DNA of 63,833 nucleotides, filler included, from Pelomyxa schiedti (GCA_020536535.1; 8 parts of 8 records of this genome joined end to end with filler, not necessarily neighbours in it); one strand, 5' to 3'. Positions 36,735 through 50,321 are shown, counted from the whole stretch's first letter. The notes: generated by a model not told the origin, from the letters alone. Made by a program: numbers and translations.

Positions 36735-37532
36735 CTTTTTTTCAGCTGGGTGCTGGCGTTGGGCTACCTTCTTTGATTATGTCATGGCTGGGAGCCCGTG
36801 TAACTTTTATAACAGGTTATTCTTTCACTGAAAATATTCCTAACTGTGGAAGATCGGTACACCAAGGTTTTAGGCAATTGCGAACATAATATTGCCCTAA
36901 ATGCTCACTTACTGAATCGTACTGTTGTGCGACATATGGATTGGACAAAACTCAGCCCTCAAGCCTTGAATACCGGTTTCTTCCTTGGGCAATTTGTCAT
37001 GCACCCACGCTTATAGAACCTATTTCACCTGAGAATTTGAACACTTCCACAACGAAGTACTCCTGGGACAGCTCTGATGTTGAATTATTACCGGAGGTAT
37101 CCGCCTGAATATTTAAAGTGCTCAATTATTCTTTCTTTTTGCAAAAGCACTCCAGGTTTCCGTCATTTTAGCAGCAGATGTACTCTACGGAATAAAGTCG
37201 GCCCAAGACCTACTGGACCGTCTCGAGTATGGGCACCTAAATGGAAAACAATTACACCAACACCAACCTTAGGGTTATGCTGGGTTCACACAAGCACAGT
37301 GCCCTGTACATCACTCTCGAAAAGCGGACGAATTTTTATCTTGAGACCCTGTCCTGTGAATCCCCTGTGTATGACCTATTCTACCGTGTGGTCACACATG
37401 GGGGGAGCCGGCTCTGTGGCGAGAAGATTGACATGGATACCATCCCCCACCATGTCTCCACTCCTCCTTATAATAGAACGTCTGAAATGGAAATGTGGGT
37501 TGTCAGACACAACTAAAAAGTTCTATGCATAG
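36735..37532 (+). CDS. 3' exons of a hypothetical protein
   Basis: Exon-like segments with GT-AG boundaries ending ...LKWKCGLSDTTKKFYA*; no family recognised. Confidence 0.35.
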
Positions 37533-37564
37533 AATATGGAATTGCTATTTTTTTTTTGTTTTTC

Positions 37565-39675
37565 TCATAGTACTATGATACCATTTAGGATAAATAGACT
37601 GATGAGAATAAGGGTAGTCCCAATGAGCTTGAGAGTAACACCCACAGGTTCAAAAACCCTCTTCCTCTCCTCTGGGCTTGTGCCAATAAATCTTCGTGTT
37701 TTTGACCATAAGAAACAAGAAAAGAAAGGGGTGCTTGTAAACCTTGGTACTAGAAGCACAACTACAACAACACCAAGCCAGCTGAAGATAATTTTGACGA
37801 GTGTTAGTTCTAGATATGTGGAATTCGGGTCATAAAGGACCTGGAAACGAGTAAGATTGTGTGAAAAAAAGGAGTTTGCCATACCGCCAGATAGAAGTAG
37901 ATAAATGATCTAATGTTTACAAAACCTCTAGCTTAAGTTTAGACCCAAATCATTGTGAAACTAGAAAGGTAACCTGAAGAAGAAGACAGCGAAAATATTA
38001 TACCAAGGAGTTGTATTTTCCTCCCAGGCATGAGCCACTGAGGTAACATAATTCTCATTCTACAGTTTGTGAGGGAAAGAATCTGGGAAGCAGGAGAAAA
38101 CGTGATATTGGGGGCTTTCAAAAATCTGCTTAAAGCCAGGCCATGTATCAACAATAAAAAGGTAAAGTGCCACATAGAAAATGAGAAGCACTTTGTCCTA
38201 AAAAAAAAAAATGGTTGGGAACGCAAACTTTGTAATGACCCTACCTACCACAGTAGTAAAGCCAAATACGTTGAGGTGATAAGTGTCATTGTATATAATT
38301 TGGAGACAGAACCAAAAGGCATATGCAATAGATAGAATGAAGAACGGGATCATAACTCGAAGAGTTGCAAAAAATAATGATAGTAAACGCCTGTTTTATT
38401 GTCACAATGAGAAGGACCAGCATTACACATACTCTTTCCAGGGTTTTGTAGTACTTTTTGGGGCAACGGGAGATTCTTCAGTTGATTGACTTGTGCTCGT
38501 AGTTGTTGTGCTTGTAGTTGTGGTTGTAGTGGCAGTTGTCCTATGCCTTGCTCCGACAACTTCCTCTCCCTTTTCAAGGGATATGGATTCTTCATCACTT
38601 TGAATTTTTACACTAGCCGTGTCCACCTCTCCTTCTTTGTGCAACAGAGGGGTTGACGCGCTTGGTTGAGAACTTGTATCTTTAAAGCCCAGCTTTACTT
38701 TGAGTTTTCTTGTGCATGCACCAAAATCAACACCCACTTTTTCAATGGTACACAACAGCGCACCAACGATTCCCAGGCAGTAAACGGATGCCGGAATAGT
38801 GGATGTAACAGGGAGATCTTCAATAATGTAAAAACCAATGGGATATAACGTGAAGCATTTACTAAAGAGGTACATGATCGGGTTAACTAAAAATGATGAA
38901 GCCAAATTGGCCAGAACCAGAAAGAGCAATCCCAAAGCCTAAACGGAGTAAGTGGATCTCAGAACTCGATCAAATGCCAACCTCACGATAGAGAAAAATC
39001 TCCCCAGTGTAGTATGCCCAATTAACGAACCCTCCTAACAGGATGAGAGGGTAATAGTACGAGTATACGAGGGCCGTTGCAGGACCCTAGTTGTAATAAA
39101 TTTCTTGATGTTATTGGACGGACCACCTGTGGTGGGCAAGGAACTGCATGACAAGTATCGGGTGTGCAACTCATATCTTTGTGCTCCACATCAATTTCTT
39201 GGTAGCACATTATCTAGGCCACCAAAAGTGATGGTGTTAGCTAAAAGCGCCTCCTATTCTACGCTATGTAATTATAGAATGGCCAAAAAAAAAATTAACA
39301 GGTGGCACTAGAGGTAAAGGAAAAAATGCAATCCAGAAAGAGGGATTACCTTACCTCGACGCCATCAACGTAAACAGCGCCAGTGTATTTAGCCGGAACC
39401 ATCCAGTAACAGCAACTCAAGAAAACGAACATCTGAACGCAGTTCATGCATGTCAGTGAAATCAACAGCTTGCGCCTGGAAGATTTGTGCACTATCCTGG
39501 ATACTCTTTGTCCAAATGCATCACCTACTGTGCTTATAATCCTTTTTTTATAATGAGTTTTAATTGACCATAAACAAAGAAAACCCTCCAAACAACACCA
39601 CGAATTACTCCCATAATCACAAATGTGGGTGACCTACTGTGCCAGTACAATGAGCCACAACGGGGCCTTCTCCAT
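37565..39675 (-). CDS. Multipass membrane protein, possibly DMT/EamA/CRT-like transporter; multi-exon
   Basis: Many hydrophobic exons in two blocks around a polar Thr-rich loop (38423-38700); ends VTLKLIGTTLILISLFILNGIIVL*; start uncertain. Confidence 0.55.
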
Positions 39676-39748
39676 CGTCGTTCCCTGCAACAGAAAAAAG
39701 GAACTTTGTTTCGCTTAAATATTGTTTTCTCGATTAATCTGATGACCT

Positions 39749-42700
39749 TCAGTGTTTTTTTGTGGTGCTGCATAAGCCCACTTTTGGGGATGATTTGCAG
39801 GCCGGGTGCACAGAAACACCGCAGGATACGCACTTGAGGCCAACAAGTCCGAACCTATGGAATTCATTGTTGGAGTTGTTCACCAGGTTGTGAAAATGAG
39901 TGAGTGATGGAGTGGGTATTGTATGATTGGGATAAGAGATAAGAGATAGAGGGCATACCCAGCAAGAACACCGTGGCAGGCACAACACCAGTGGGGTGTG
40001 CGGTAGGATTTCATCTTCCAGTCGTGAACTGTGTTGGTAGTTTGGTTGACGTGCTCATTCAGGGCTTGAACGACATCCATTGCGGCTTTGATAGTTTCTA
40101 TATCGGTGGTTCCGGGATATGTGTACCTGTAAGAATGGGTGAATGAACAAGGTAAGATAGGAGTGGGGAGAAAACCGCAGCAGGTCGCGGAGCAAGAGGG
40201 AGTATCTTGGAAGTCTTTGAACTGGGAGGAGTTACTTTAAGAAAGATGGGACATTCTCAAACCTATTGTTATCAATAAGCTGGTGAAGTACATCTTCCCA
40301 GAACCCATTGTTGTGGAGCACTTGGAATCCACAAATTTTCTGAACTCGACATTCTCTTCGTAACGTTCGGAAATATGCCTGTTTATTGCCTCGTATTGTG
40401 ACAGGAAAGGTTTGTATGATGTGAATAAGTCGGGTCTGCAGAAGAATTTGCCTAAAACATCTCCAATTGAGGCTGTCACGTGCCATTCAGAAATTCTGGG
40501 AGCGAGAAGATCAACAAATTCATTGTGTAATTCCAGTAACTGGCGTATGCCAGGGAATATGAACCTCTATTATCTTGTTAGCTGAGGAAGTACTTCAATG
40601 CACAACTTGTTCCTCCAGAGGAAGTAAGGTAACATCTGCCTCTAGAGGCTTTTGAAAAATTTCAATCAATTCGTTTAGATTTCCAACGTATTCTCTCTCA
40701 GTCTTTAGTAGTTCGCGCACAACATGGCGTTTCTCACGGGCTCGAGCAGAGATAGCAAAAACGTAGGCAACAAATCTACACGATCAGGGCGAGGGGAAAA
40801 AAATAAAAGCAAACCTTCGCTTCCTATATAAGCGCTGGATTTTGCACTATGCATTGAGAAGTTAATAGGGAGTTACGATTACGAATAACGTTACTGCAGC
40901 GTCATTGGGGTCCATCAGGCTTTTCCTCCTTTCTTCTTTTGGTTTCGGAGGCAATCGAACCTCTCCAGATTGTGAAGACGGTTTGACTGTAGGATGTTCC
41001 GGGTTTAGATTGGGCTTTTTAGATGGTGGTGCCGAGTTTCGTATAGAAACACTTGTGAAAAAAAAAGACTTGGTTCTGTGGGGTTCTGGCTTGGTATCTC
41101 CTTGTTCTGAATTGGATGATAAGTTAGCCACCCACAGTGAAAAAGGGGAAGGTGCATACTTCGTTTTCCTTCATGGGTTTGAAGGCATAATCCAACGTTA
41201 CTTGAAGTCTTGCACATAGGATGCACAGAAGCGCTGCATGATATGCATTTCAAACCAACAAGTCCAAAGCTATTTTGAAGGTTAGGATGGCCCACAGTGA
41301 GATGACCTCACCCAGCTAAAATGCCATGGCAAGAGCAACACCAATGAGGAGTCCGGAAAGATTTTTTTGTCCAATCGTGGACTGTATTAGTAGTGCGATT
41401 CACACTCTCAGTAAGAACCGAAACCATGGACATAGCCTCTTTAATGGAGGTAATATCAGGGGTTCCAGGGTATGTGTATCTGTAACATAATCAACAGATG
41501 GAAATAAAAGAGTGGTTCCATTACTTCAAGAGGTCTCGAAGCATCAAGGAATATCGAGGAAGGCGCTGCACTGCAAAAATTTGCGTGAGATGGTAGAGGC
41601 TCATTACACACCTAATGATATAAGGAGGCTCATTAAATACATCTTCCCAGAACCCATTGTTGGGGAGGATTGAGAATCAACAAATGTTCTAAAGGCTTCA
41701 TTTTGTTCATAGTGGTCACAGATGTGCCTGTTGATTGCTTCATATTGTGCGAGGAAAGGCTTGTATGATGGAAACAGGTCTTCCCGTGAGAAGAATTTAC
41801 ACAAAACATCTCCGATTGATGAGCGGACGTTCCATTCGGCAATTGTTGGTGAAAGCATCGCAGCAAAATCGCTATGAATGTCATGAAGCTGGGTGATTCC
41901 AGGAAATATAAAGTCCTTTTCCCCACAACCCAGTTTTAATTTTTTTTCACATTACTTTAACGAACCATTTCTTCAAGAGAAAGTAGCGATGAGTTTTCTT
42001 TGAGCGGTTTCTGGAAGTTTTCAATCAGTTCAGAGAGATTTCCGATGTATTCCTTTTCTGTTTTGAGCAATTCCTTTGCAACATTACGTTTTTCACGTGC
42101 TCGTGCAGAGATAGCAAAAACGTAGGCAATAAACCTTGGAGGATGAATGGGAGCTAAGAGGAAAAAGAAAAACCTGCGTTTTCGATACGCATTTTGAATT
42201 TTTCTCTAAAACTGAAGTAAGAATATGTAATCATGATGGTTAGCGTACTGCAGCCTCATTTGCATTTTCGCCGTAGTCTTGAACAGGTTCGCTATTGTTT
42301 TCAGGAGACTCTGTGCGGTCTGCTGACAATTCAAGGTTTCTAGGTGCAACTTTGGCCTCCTCACGTGCATCTGTGTGACTGGAGGAATCTGTTGGTTCTA
42401 ACTCTTGACTATTGCCATCCAGACATGGATTTTCTGTACTCAACTTATTTTTGCCCTTTCCAGTAAATAGTTGTTGCATAGGGCTTCCTAGAAGTGAGGC
42501 AGTAGAGGAAAAAAATTGCCCAACTTGATTGCCACTTTTAGACAATGCCCCAGTGAGTCGTTGTTGCTGTCTTGCAGAAATGGTCTTGGACTGAGAGGTA
42601 TTACTATGTAGAGAGGTGGCTGCCTGCTCAGTTGATCGGGACACGGGCGTATGTGAAGGTGTGTCACTACCTTGAACGGCCTTCACAGTTGTAGAAGCTG

Positions 42701-45700
42701 GTATCAGTGAGATATAAAACGCTTCGTGTATAACATACCAAAATGGCACTTTCTAATGTTGATATTGGATTTGCATAAAGGGTGTATGGATATACGGCAG
42801 GAAGCGCACTTGAGCCCTACAAGCCCAAATCTGAAATGGAGTATGAGAGTGAGTGAACCATAGTTGACGAGTACCCTGCAAGAATTCCATGACATGCACT
42901 GCACCAGTGAGGAGTCTTAAAAGTTTTTCTGTTCCAATCATGAACTGTGTTCGTTTCTTGGTTGATATTTTCAATCAAATGTTGAACCGTATCCATTGCT
43001 TCCTTTATGGTGCTAATGTCCATGGTTTCTGGGTAGGAATACCTTTTGGCAGAATATGTGTTATTCATCTCGTATTGAGTGAGGAATGGCGAACTTTAAA
43101 AGATCCCTTAGCAGAAGAGAATATCGAGGAAGACGTTGAACTGTTGTTGGGTCAGGTGGAAACAAAAACTAAAAAGGAGAAGGGAGTACCTATGGAGATT
43201 AACAGGCTCATTAAATACATCTTCCCAGAACCCATTGTTGGGGAGGATTGAGAATCAACAAATGTTCTAAAGGCTTCATTTTGTTCATAGTGGTCACAGA
43301 TGTGCCTGTTGATTGCTTCATATTGTGCGAGGAAAGGCTTGTATGATGGAAACAGGTCTTCCCGTGAGAAGAATTTACACAAAACATCTCCGATTGATGA
43401 GCGGACGTTCCATTCGGTAATGTGGGGTTCCAAGCGTTTGATAAAATGTCTGTGCATTCTTTTTATCTGCCTGATACCAGGGAAAAAAAAATCCTAGTTG
43501 CTGTTGGTAGACCTTCACTATCCCCGAGAACATACTGTGTCTTCACGGGGAAGAATAGTACTTTCTTCAAGGGGACTTTGGAATTTTTCAATCAGCTCTG
43601 TGAGATTCCCCACGTACTCTTTCTCTGTTTTGAGGAGCTCATCCACAATATGATGTTTCTCACGAGCTCGTGCAGAGATGGTAAAAACATAGGCAACAAA
43701 CCTACGTAAGAAGTAAAATTAAAGTGAATGAAAGCTATAATAACCTCCGTTTTCTGTACAGTCTTTGTATTTTCACCTGAAACAAAAAGTAAGAGTGAAT
43801 GATTTTGATAGGGATATACCGCCGCTTCTTCAGGAGACATTTTTGGATAATGGGCCGGAGCAACGCGTACTGTGTCAGAAATCACTGCCTCTTCGTTGTT
43901 GACAACTTGGGGGTCGTGTTTGTGCTTTTTGACAACAGTAGAGACTGGGGGAATATTTGTGTTTTCTTCACTGTGTTCCTTCGCTTCCATAGCTTGTTGT
44001 TGTTCTAGTGCCTGTTTTTTAGCTATAATCTGCACAAAGTGGCTTGCCGCAGAGGAAAAGAATTGTCCCATGTCAGTTCCTGAAGACTTCATGGACGCCA
44101 GGAAGTTTGGAGAGCCTATCCTGGGTGGGGGAGGAACTGGTCGTTCTTCACTAGGGGTCGGAGAGCTCTTTCTTTTCTCCATTGTGCAAATAATGATATG
44201 CCCTGAGTTCTTGCAGGTAGGGTGTATAGATGAGCGGCACACCACACATTTGAGACCAACAAGCCCAAAACTTAGGTACATAAGTATGGGTGAGTAAATA
44301 CAGCATACCCAGCAAGAACACTGTTGCAGGCACAGCACCAGTGGGGAGTTCTGAACGTTTTCTTCTTCCAGTCATGAACAGTATTGGCTGTTCGGTTTAC
44401 ACTAGATGTGAGTTCTTGCACAAGCTCCATTGCTCGCCTCAGTGACTCGATGTCAGGCGTCCCAGGATAGGAATACCTTTTTGTTTTAAGCTACTTTTTT
44501 TCTGAACATCATGAGAATGTAACTTCAAAAGATCTCGAAGCAACAAGGAGTAGCGCGGTAGTCGTTGTACTTGTAAATCATCAGAAAGTAAAAAAAAAAG
44601 GAGACAACTGGTTACCCATATTAATTAACAAACTTGAAAGATATATTTTCCCTGAGCCCAATGTGGTTGACGAACGAAGGTCAATGAACTTCTTAAAGTC
44701 TTTGTTTTGTTCATAATGAGAGTTAATGTGCCTGTCAATCGACTGATAGTGGGAAACAAAGTGGGTGTACAAAGGCAACAGATTGTCTTGTGAGAAAAAT
44801 TCACACAACAAATCCCCTATTGATGAGGGGGCACTCCACTCCTGGACCCGGGGAAGGAGCACATTCACTAAGTTGGAGTGAATCTGGTGCAGTTCCCGCA
44901 AACTCGGAAAGAGAAATTCCTTTTTTTTTTTTTTCCATTAGTTTGTGGGATGAAGGGCAGGCTTTTGACATACAATTTCTTGGGGATTGAGTAAATTAGA
45001 AAGTTCAAGAGGTTTCTGGAAATTTTCTTCTATTTCGAGAATATTTCCAACATATTCTTGCTCGGTTTTAAGCAGTTCATCAACCACATGGTGCTTTTCA
45101 CGTGCTCGAGCAGAAATGGCAAATACGTAGGCAACAAACCTGGAAATTTATCAGAGGTTAATGTAAACTGAAAATTACCTGCGCTTGCGAAAAAGTCGTT
45201 GAATTTTCACCTGCAGTAGTCATTAAAACTTTTTTAAATGTTGTATGAAGCATACTGCGGCATCATTTGGATCCAGTTGTGAATCATGGTGAACTTTTGA
45301 ATGATGTGAAGCATGCTTTGTTGACGAAATTTTGAGCTCATTTCCACTGGAGTGACTTTCACCAGATTGTTCCTGCAAATGTTCCCCACTCCCTTTGGAG
45401 TGCTTGTGCTTGTGTTTAGATCCCCTTGTTTCTTCACCTTTTTCTGGAGTTTTTGAAGTAATCTGCAATGCGGCACCCAGTCCAGGGGAAGTTGCTAGTG
45501 GCTCAAAGTTTACTTCCAAGGTCAAAGGTGATGCTGAGCGGTATGACGGGGATAAACTTGGAGATTCAGCGTGCTTGTGCTTGGGTGTGTGACTAGAGCC
45601 AGAGCCAGAGCCAGCCCCTTCAACCACAATTTCGACCGTTGAATCCTCCGTGTGCCCGTGTCGTTTGGAGCCACTTGCGCCGCTCTCACTTGTCCCCGCG

Positions 45701-46479
45701 CCGTGATCAGAAGTGCGCAGCTCTTTGGAGCTCTTGCGCTTGTGGGAACTCAGCGGGACGCTGCTCCGCTCTGGTTCCTCGCCGTCTTTGTCTTTGTGCC
45801 CTTTTTCCACTTGAGTCTCCCCGCTATGATGAGCCTTCTTGTGCTGCGAATGGTCACGCAGCTCCTCGTCGCCGCCCTTTTCGTCGTCCTCATCCCCGTG
45901 ACTCCGAGAAGGGGAATGAGAATGGGAATGGGAATGGGAATGAGACTCAGAATGAGCCTGTGAATGAGAGTGAGAGTGAGAATGCGAATGCGAGCCAGAG
46001 TGGCCTCCCTCGTCATCGCCATCATGTGCACTCTTTCCCATAATTGCCACAGCGTCGCCCTCGCCATCGGCATCGGCGCTTGCCTCTCCACCAGCACCCG
46101 AACTTTCGCCGGCGTTCTCGTGCTCGGATTTGTGATGGTGGTGGCGGCTGTGATCGTGGTGGTCGGTGCTCTCCTCGTCGCGCTCGTGGCCGTGGTGGGT
46201 CTCGTCACTGGCGCCTGTTTTGTGGGGGCTGTCACTTCTCGTCGGGGCGTCCTTGTCCCCGCCGCTTGGAGAATGCGGCTGGGGTTGCTTCCACGACAAT
46301 TGGATACCCCAAGAGGAGGACTTGCCGCCGCCGGAGTCTTCGTCGTTTTCTGGCGCCGCCCTGGATGCCCCTTCGGCCCTCTCCTCTACGTCTTCATTAT
46401 GGGAGTGCTCGTCGTGGCTGTGGTGATGGTGATGGTGGCTGCCGCTGGAACTACTCCGTAGTTGGTCCCGTCCACTCAT
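39749..46479 (-). CDS. Dbl-family RhoGEF with His/Ser-rich N-terminus and four tandem IQ-DH-C1 modules, no PH domains; multi-exon
   Basis: Four repeats of AAVKIQ..F/YRKR (IQ-like), ELLKTE.EYVGNL...F.KPL, SIGD.L..FF, YL.SLLI..VQRLPRY.LLLRDLL (DH), each followed by HDW...F.TPHWC.AC..LAGFGLVGLKC..C...HP.C (C1); stop at 39749. Confidence 0.88.
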
Positions 46480-46625
46480 TTTTTTGCAACTAGTTCTGTG
46501 AATCTAGTTTGATTTCCGAGTATCGTGCTTCGTCACAAAAAAAAACTTCCTCTTCTAGGATCTGCGCATAGGTATAAATAAACAAAATTTATTTCCTATC
46601 TTCCAGGGATTGCGGCAATTCAGTC

Positions 46626-47841
46626 CTAGGAATTTGATGGTCCATTGACAGGCCTATTTGCAGCAATCCAGGCGATAGCAAGAGTAACAGTATCGTCATC
46701 CACAAGCCTACCAGAGACCTGCGTGACCTCCCTCACAGCCATGGACGCCTCAGCCGCATCGTATCCCATAAGCACCAAAGTGTCGCTCGCCTCCTGTATT
46801 TTAGATGACTGGGTCCCCACAAAGTCGCTAGCAAAGAACTCGCTGCGGGCCCCGCGCAGGTCCACAAGCAGCTCCCACACGATGTTGCGCTCCCGCTCAT
46901 ACCCCACGTCCGTGACCAGGCTGTACAGCTCGCCCGCGTGCTTGGTGATGGTGCTGAAGTGGTTGTTGCGGAACAGCACGACCACCTCGTCCTCCGCGAT
47001 GGCGTGCCTCAGGGCCCCCAGCCCCGCGTTCGTGAGCTGGTTCCCCGTGTCCTGCAGGAACGCGTGGATCGCGTGCGTGAGCGGCTGGTCGCTCTCCGTC
47101 ACCAGCCGGCTGACGACGTCGTTGTACCGCTGGCCCGCGAGCGCCCTCGCGAGCTCGGCGCCGGCCGACGGGTCCACGATCCAGCCGTGGACCAGCCGCA
47201 CCCCGCTGAGCCCAAAGACGTCGATCTGGCCGCCGGGCTCGAAGTCGTCGATCGAGGTGAAGCTGAAGTTGACGTCTAGGCCGCCCTGGAGCTTCGGGAG
47301 CTGGTCCGCGATGGCGGACACGCGCATCACGGCCTCCTCGACCTCGGCCCCTGCGCCGCCGGCTCCTTTCAGGCTCGCCTGCTGAAGCATCTTGTTCATC
47401 AGAGCCTCACACATTTGATCGGCGGTCACGATCTGAGAAACTCCTTCGCGCGGTTGCAGGGTGATTTCGCCTCGAACAAGCAGGCAGTTGCATATTGCGA
47501 TCAGTGGGCACGGGCCATTTTCGTTTTGAAGTATGATGTGGGTGCGCCGCTCTCCAATGTCGATTCTTTTTACATGGTAGTCGCCTGCTTTCTCCGCCAT
47601 ATATACACCAGTTGGCGCGTCTTCAATCTGAGTGACACCAAGGCCTAATAAAAGGGTCAGAGTCGGGGGGCAAAAGAGGGGACTCCAGTAATGAGAAATG
47701 GCAGAGCATGAATACCTAGCAACGCTTCGTAGTCCCCGTCCAACGCTGTGGCACCTTGCTCACCATCAACATGGAACCACAGTTTGCCTTCCTTAACACC
47801 AATTACAGTAGCATTCCCCCTTGGAGTGGAAACTCGATAAC
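46626..47841 (-). CDS. MINDY-1/2 (DUF544) deubiquitinase with an N-terminal beta-rich exon and C-terminal UBA-like helices
   Basis: Catalytic QNENGPCPLIAICN and LFRNNHFSTI, LVHGW, LVTDVGY; tail LVLMGYDAAEASMAV; upstream exon RVSTPRGNATVIGVKEGKLWFHVDG splices in frame via intron at about 47644-47716; true start further upstream, unresolved. Confidence 0.9.
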
Positions 47842-48221
47842 TGCACAATGGTGAATGCACAATAAGAAACGCAAAAAAAAGGAAAAGAATAAGAAAACAT
47901 GTTTCATCTCGCTTAAGAAAGTATTTTTATTACCCGTGGAAAAAGCCGAACGGTAAGCACGCAGCCTCACTAGGGTCGAAATTTTCGGTGTTTCCACCAA
48001 TCACTTTGAACGGAAACGCCATCTATTGCGAGAGGAGGAAAAATTGTTCAAGGGTCGGCACCTTCGCTCTCCACTTTGAGTCTTGCAACTGCGGTGATTT
48101 TCTAAACATCTAATAAACAACNNNNNNNNNNNNNNNNNNNNNNNNNNNNNNNNNNNNNNNNNNNNNNNNNNNNNNNNNNNNNNNNNNNNNNNNNNNNNNN
48201 NNNNNNNNNNNNNNNNNNNNN

Positions 48222-49241
48222 GCAACCTCGGCGATCTGGTGACTCCCAGGAGCAGGGGAGAAATGCCGAAGGTGACGATCAGGGGGCATGGCGTCCAGTC
48301 CATCGTCCACGTGGAAAGGCGGATGACGAAGAACCGCGCTGTCTCGGTGACCAGGTCCCATAACAGGCGCGCAGCGGTGGCGCCGTGTGTTGATAACACA
48401 GCCGGGGAGCACCGCGCCCCGCATCGGGCGTGGGCGCTCGCCGCCAACGCCAAAACAAGCGATCGCGCGCTGTACTGCTGCGTCACCCTGCAGTCTACAT
48501 CGTCGTGCGTGGTGGTACCACCTGTGGCGTTCGAATCGCCGTCCATCCGGATTTATGGGAAGATTTTTTCTTGGATCTGTTCAAATAGAGCCATTGTCTA
48601 GATCATGAAAGGGTCATTGAGGTATGTGGAAAACGCATTTATGCAGAAATAACTCAAGTTATTGGGTCTCCACCAAGGTCACACACTCCCCCAAAACTCT
48701 TCTTTGTTCCAATAACATCAAAAATGAGCATGATAGACAACATTCATGACTTGCCTCTCAGGTACCTCCATGACAAGAAGCGGGAATTCAGTCATGGCCT
48801 CAACCACGTCGATGTGGTGCTCAAATACACGAACCAGGAATCCCCCTTCTGCAATTATGCTGAACAAGCATATTCCCTGTGGCTGAACAACTTCCCTCAG
48901 CGGTGCCCTTGTATCGCTGCAGTCCCACACCTGGTATTTTGCACGGAATCCATTGGGCCCAGGGAGCCAAGTTAAGAACATAGAGTCACTGATCCTGGAA
49001 GGTTCCATCTGCGGGGTGCTGCCGATTCGCTGTGATGAAGGTACGCAAGGCACACCTTCCGTCACGTTGTATAGGTCAAGGTGTCCTGGCATGGCGCTCT
49101 GCAGGCCACATATCAAAGAACGGGCACCGGAGCGATTCCGCAGTGGAAGAATCGTAACGGGGGAACCAACCACGAAGTCATAGCAAAGGTTTGTCAGGAC
49201 ACAAGCGGCGCCGGTGGATTGGGTCTTCTCTATGTCCAGTA
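48222..49241 (-). repeat. Near-identical copy of 28958-29993 (gene A 5' end, spacer, gene B 3' end)
   Basis: Same ends, a few SNPs and a ~16-bp indel in the spacer; bounded by gaps. Confidence 0.9.
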
Positions 49242-49341
49242 NNNNNNNNNNNNNNNNNNNNNNNNNNNNNNNNNNNNNNNNNNNNTTAATTAATTAANNN
49301 NNNNNNNNNNNNNNNNNNNNNNNNNNNNNNNNNNNNNNNNN

Positions 49342-50321
49342 ACCTGATGATGTCAATGTGGCAGCCGTAAATGGCACTGTGAAGTGCACCCCTGCACCAC
49401 AAGTCACTCCCTATGGGGAATGATGAAACGACCCACTTGAGCACCTCCAAGTGGCCTCCTTTGCACACGCCTTCAATCAGCCGAATAATTCCGCTCTCAC
49501 TCCAGAACTCCTCAATGAACAGTGTCACCTCCTCACTGGACGATGCTGCCAGTTCCTGGGAGTCAAAAAAAATTTCCAGTAAGGGGCCAATTTACATAAA
49601 TGAATGAGCACCAAACCTTTGGGTATCCAACAAGGGTGCTAATTTTGGAAGCACAAGTACAAGGGTCAATAGAACTTCCAGAAGAAGAAGAACAAGAACA
49701 AGAATCTTGCACCGCCGGTGGTTGCGACATCCCATTATTCGTTGACGGTGCTGCCTTTGTTGTTGCTGCCGACGGAACAGGCCAACGGACAGAGCCCCAG
49801 GCGCGACCCTTTTCCACGAACGACCGGGCGTCGTCTATGTGGCCACCCCAGCACAGCCCAGTCAACACGTCGATGCTCTCCCTCCCTGTCCTCCTCATCC
49901 TCATCCTGTTCCTCGTGGCCGTATCCCCGCCATCACCATCGCCACTGTGATTATGGGACAAGATCCACGCGGCGCTCCGTGGGCACCGCGAGACCGCACA
50001 CCACCGAATCACGTCGTGGTGCGACGGGAGAAGAGGCGGCGACGGCGACGAGGCGCAGGAGCGCGCCACGGCGGATGTGACGGCGGAGCAGCACAGGGCG
50101 AGGAGGGGGAACAGCCCCTCGCCGGCGCGCAGGACCGCCATTATGGGTTTGGGCGCGGCCGGTGTGTCGGTGGAAACGAGGACGATCGGGGCGACGTCTC
50201 CGTAGTCGGGCGGGGGGCACAGCCACGGTAGAACCACGTTGTCCCATAATACGTGTGACAGGTGAACAACTCGCGCCCTCTCTGTCTCCTTGTTGCCGCC
50301 TTGGCTGGTCATCTTCCACAC
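49342..50321 (-). CDS. Degenerate ankyrin-repeat protein, 3' truncated by a gap
   Basis: GLCWGGHIDDARSFV, GVCKGGHLEVLKWVV and SAIYGCHIDII ankyrin-like turns; probable intron near 49570-49625. Confidence 0.6.
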
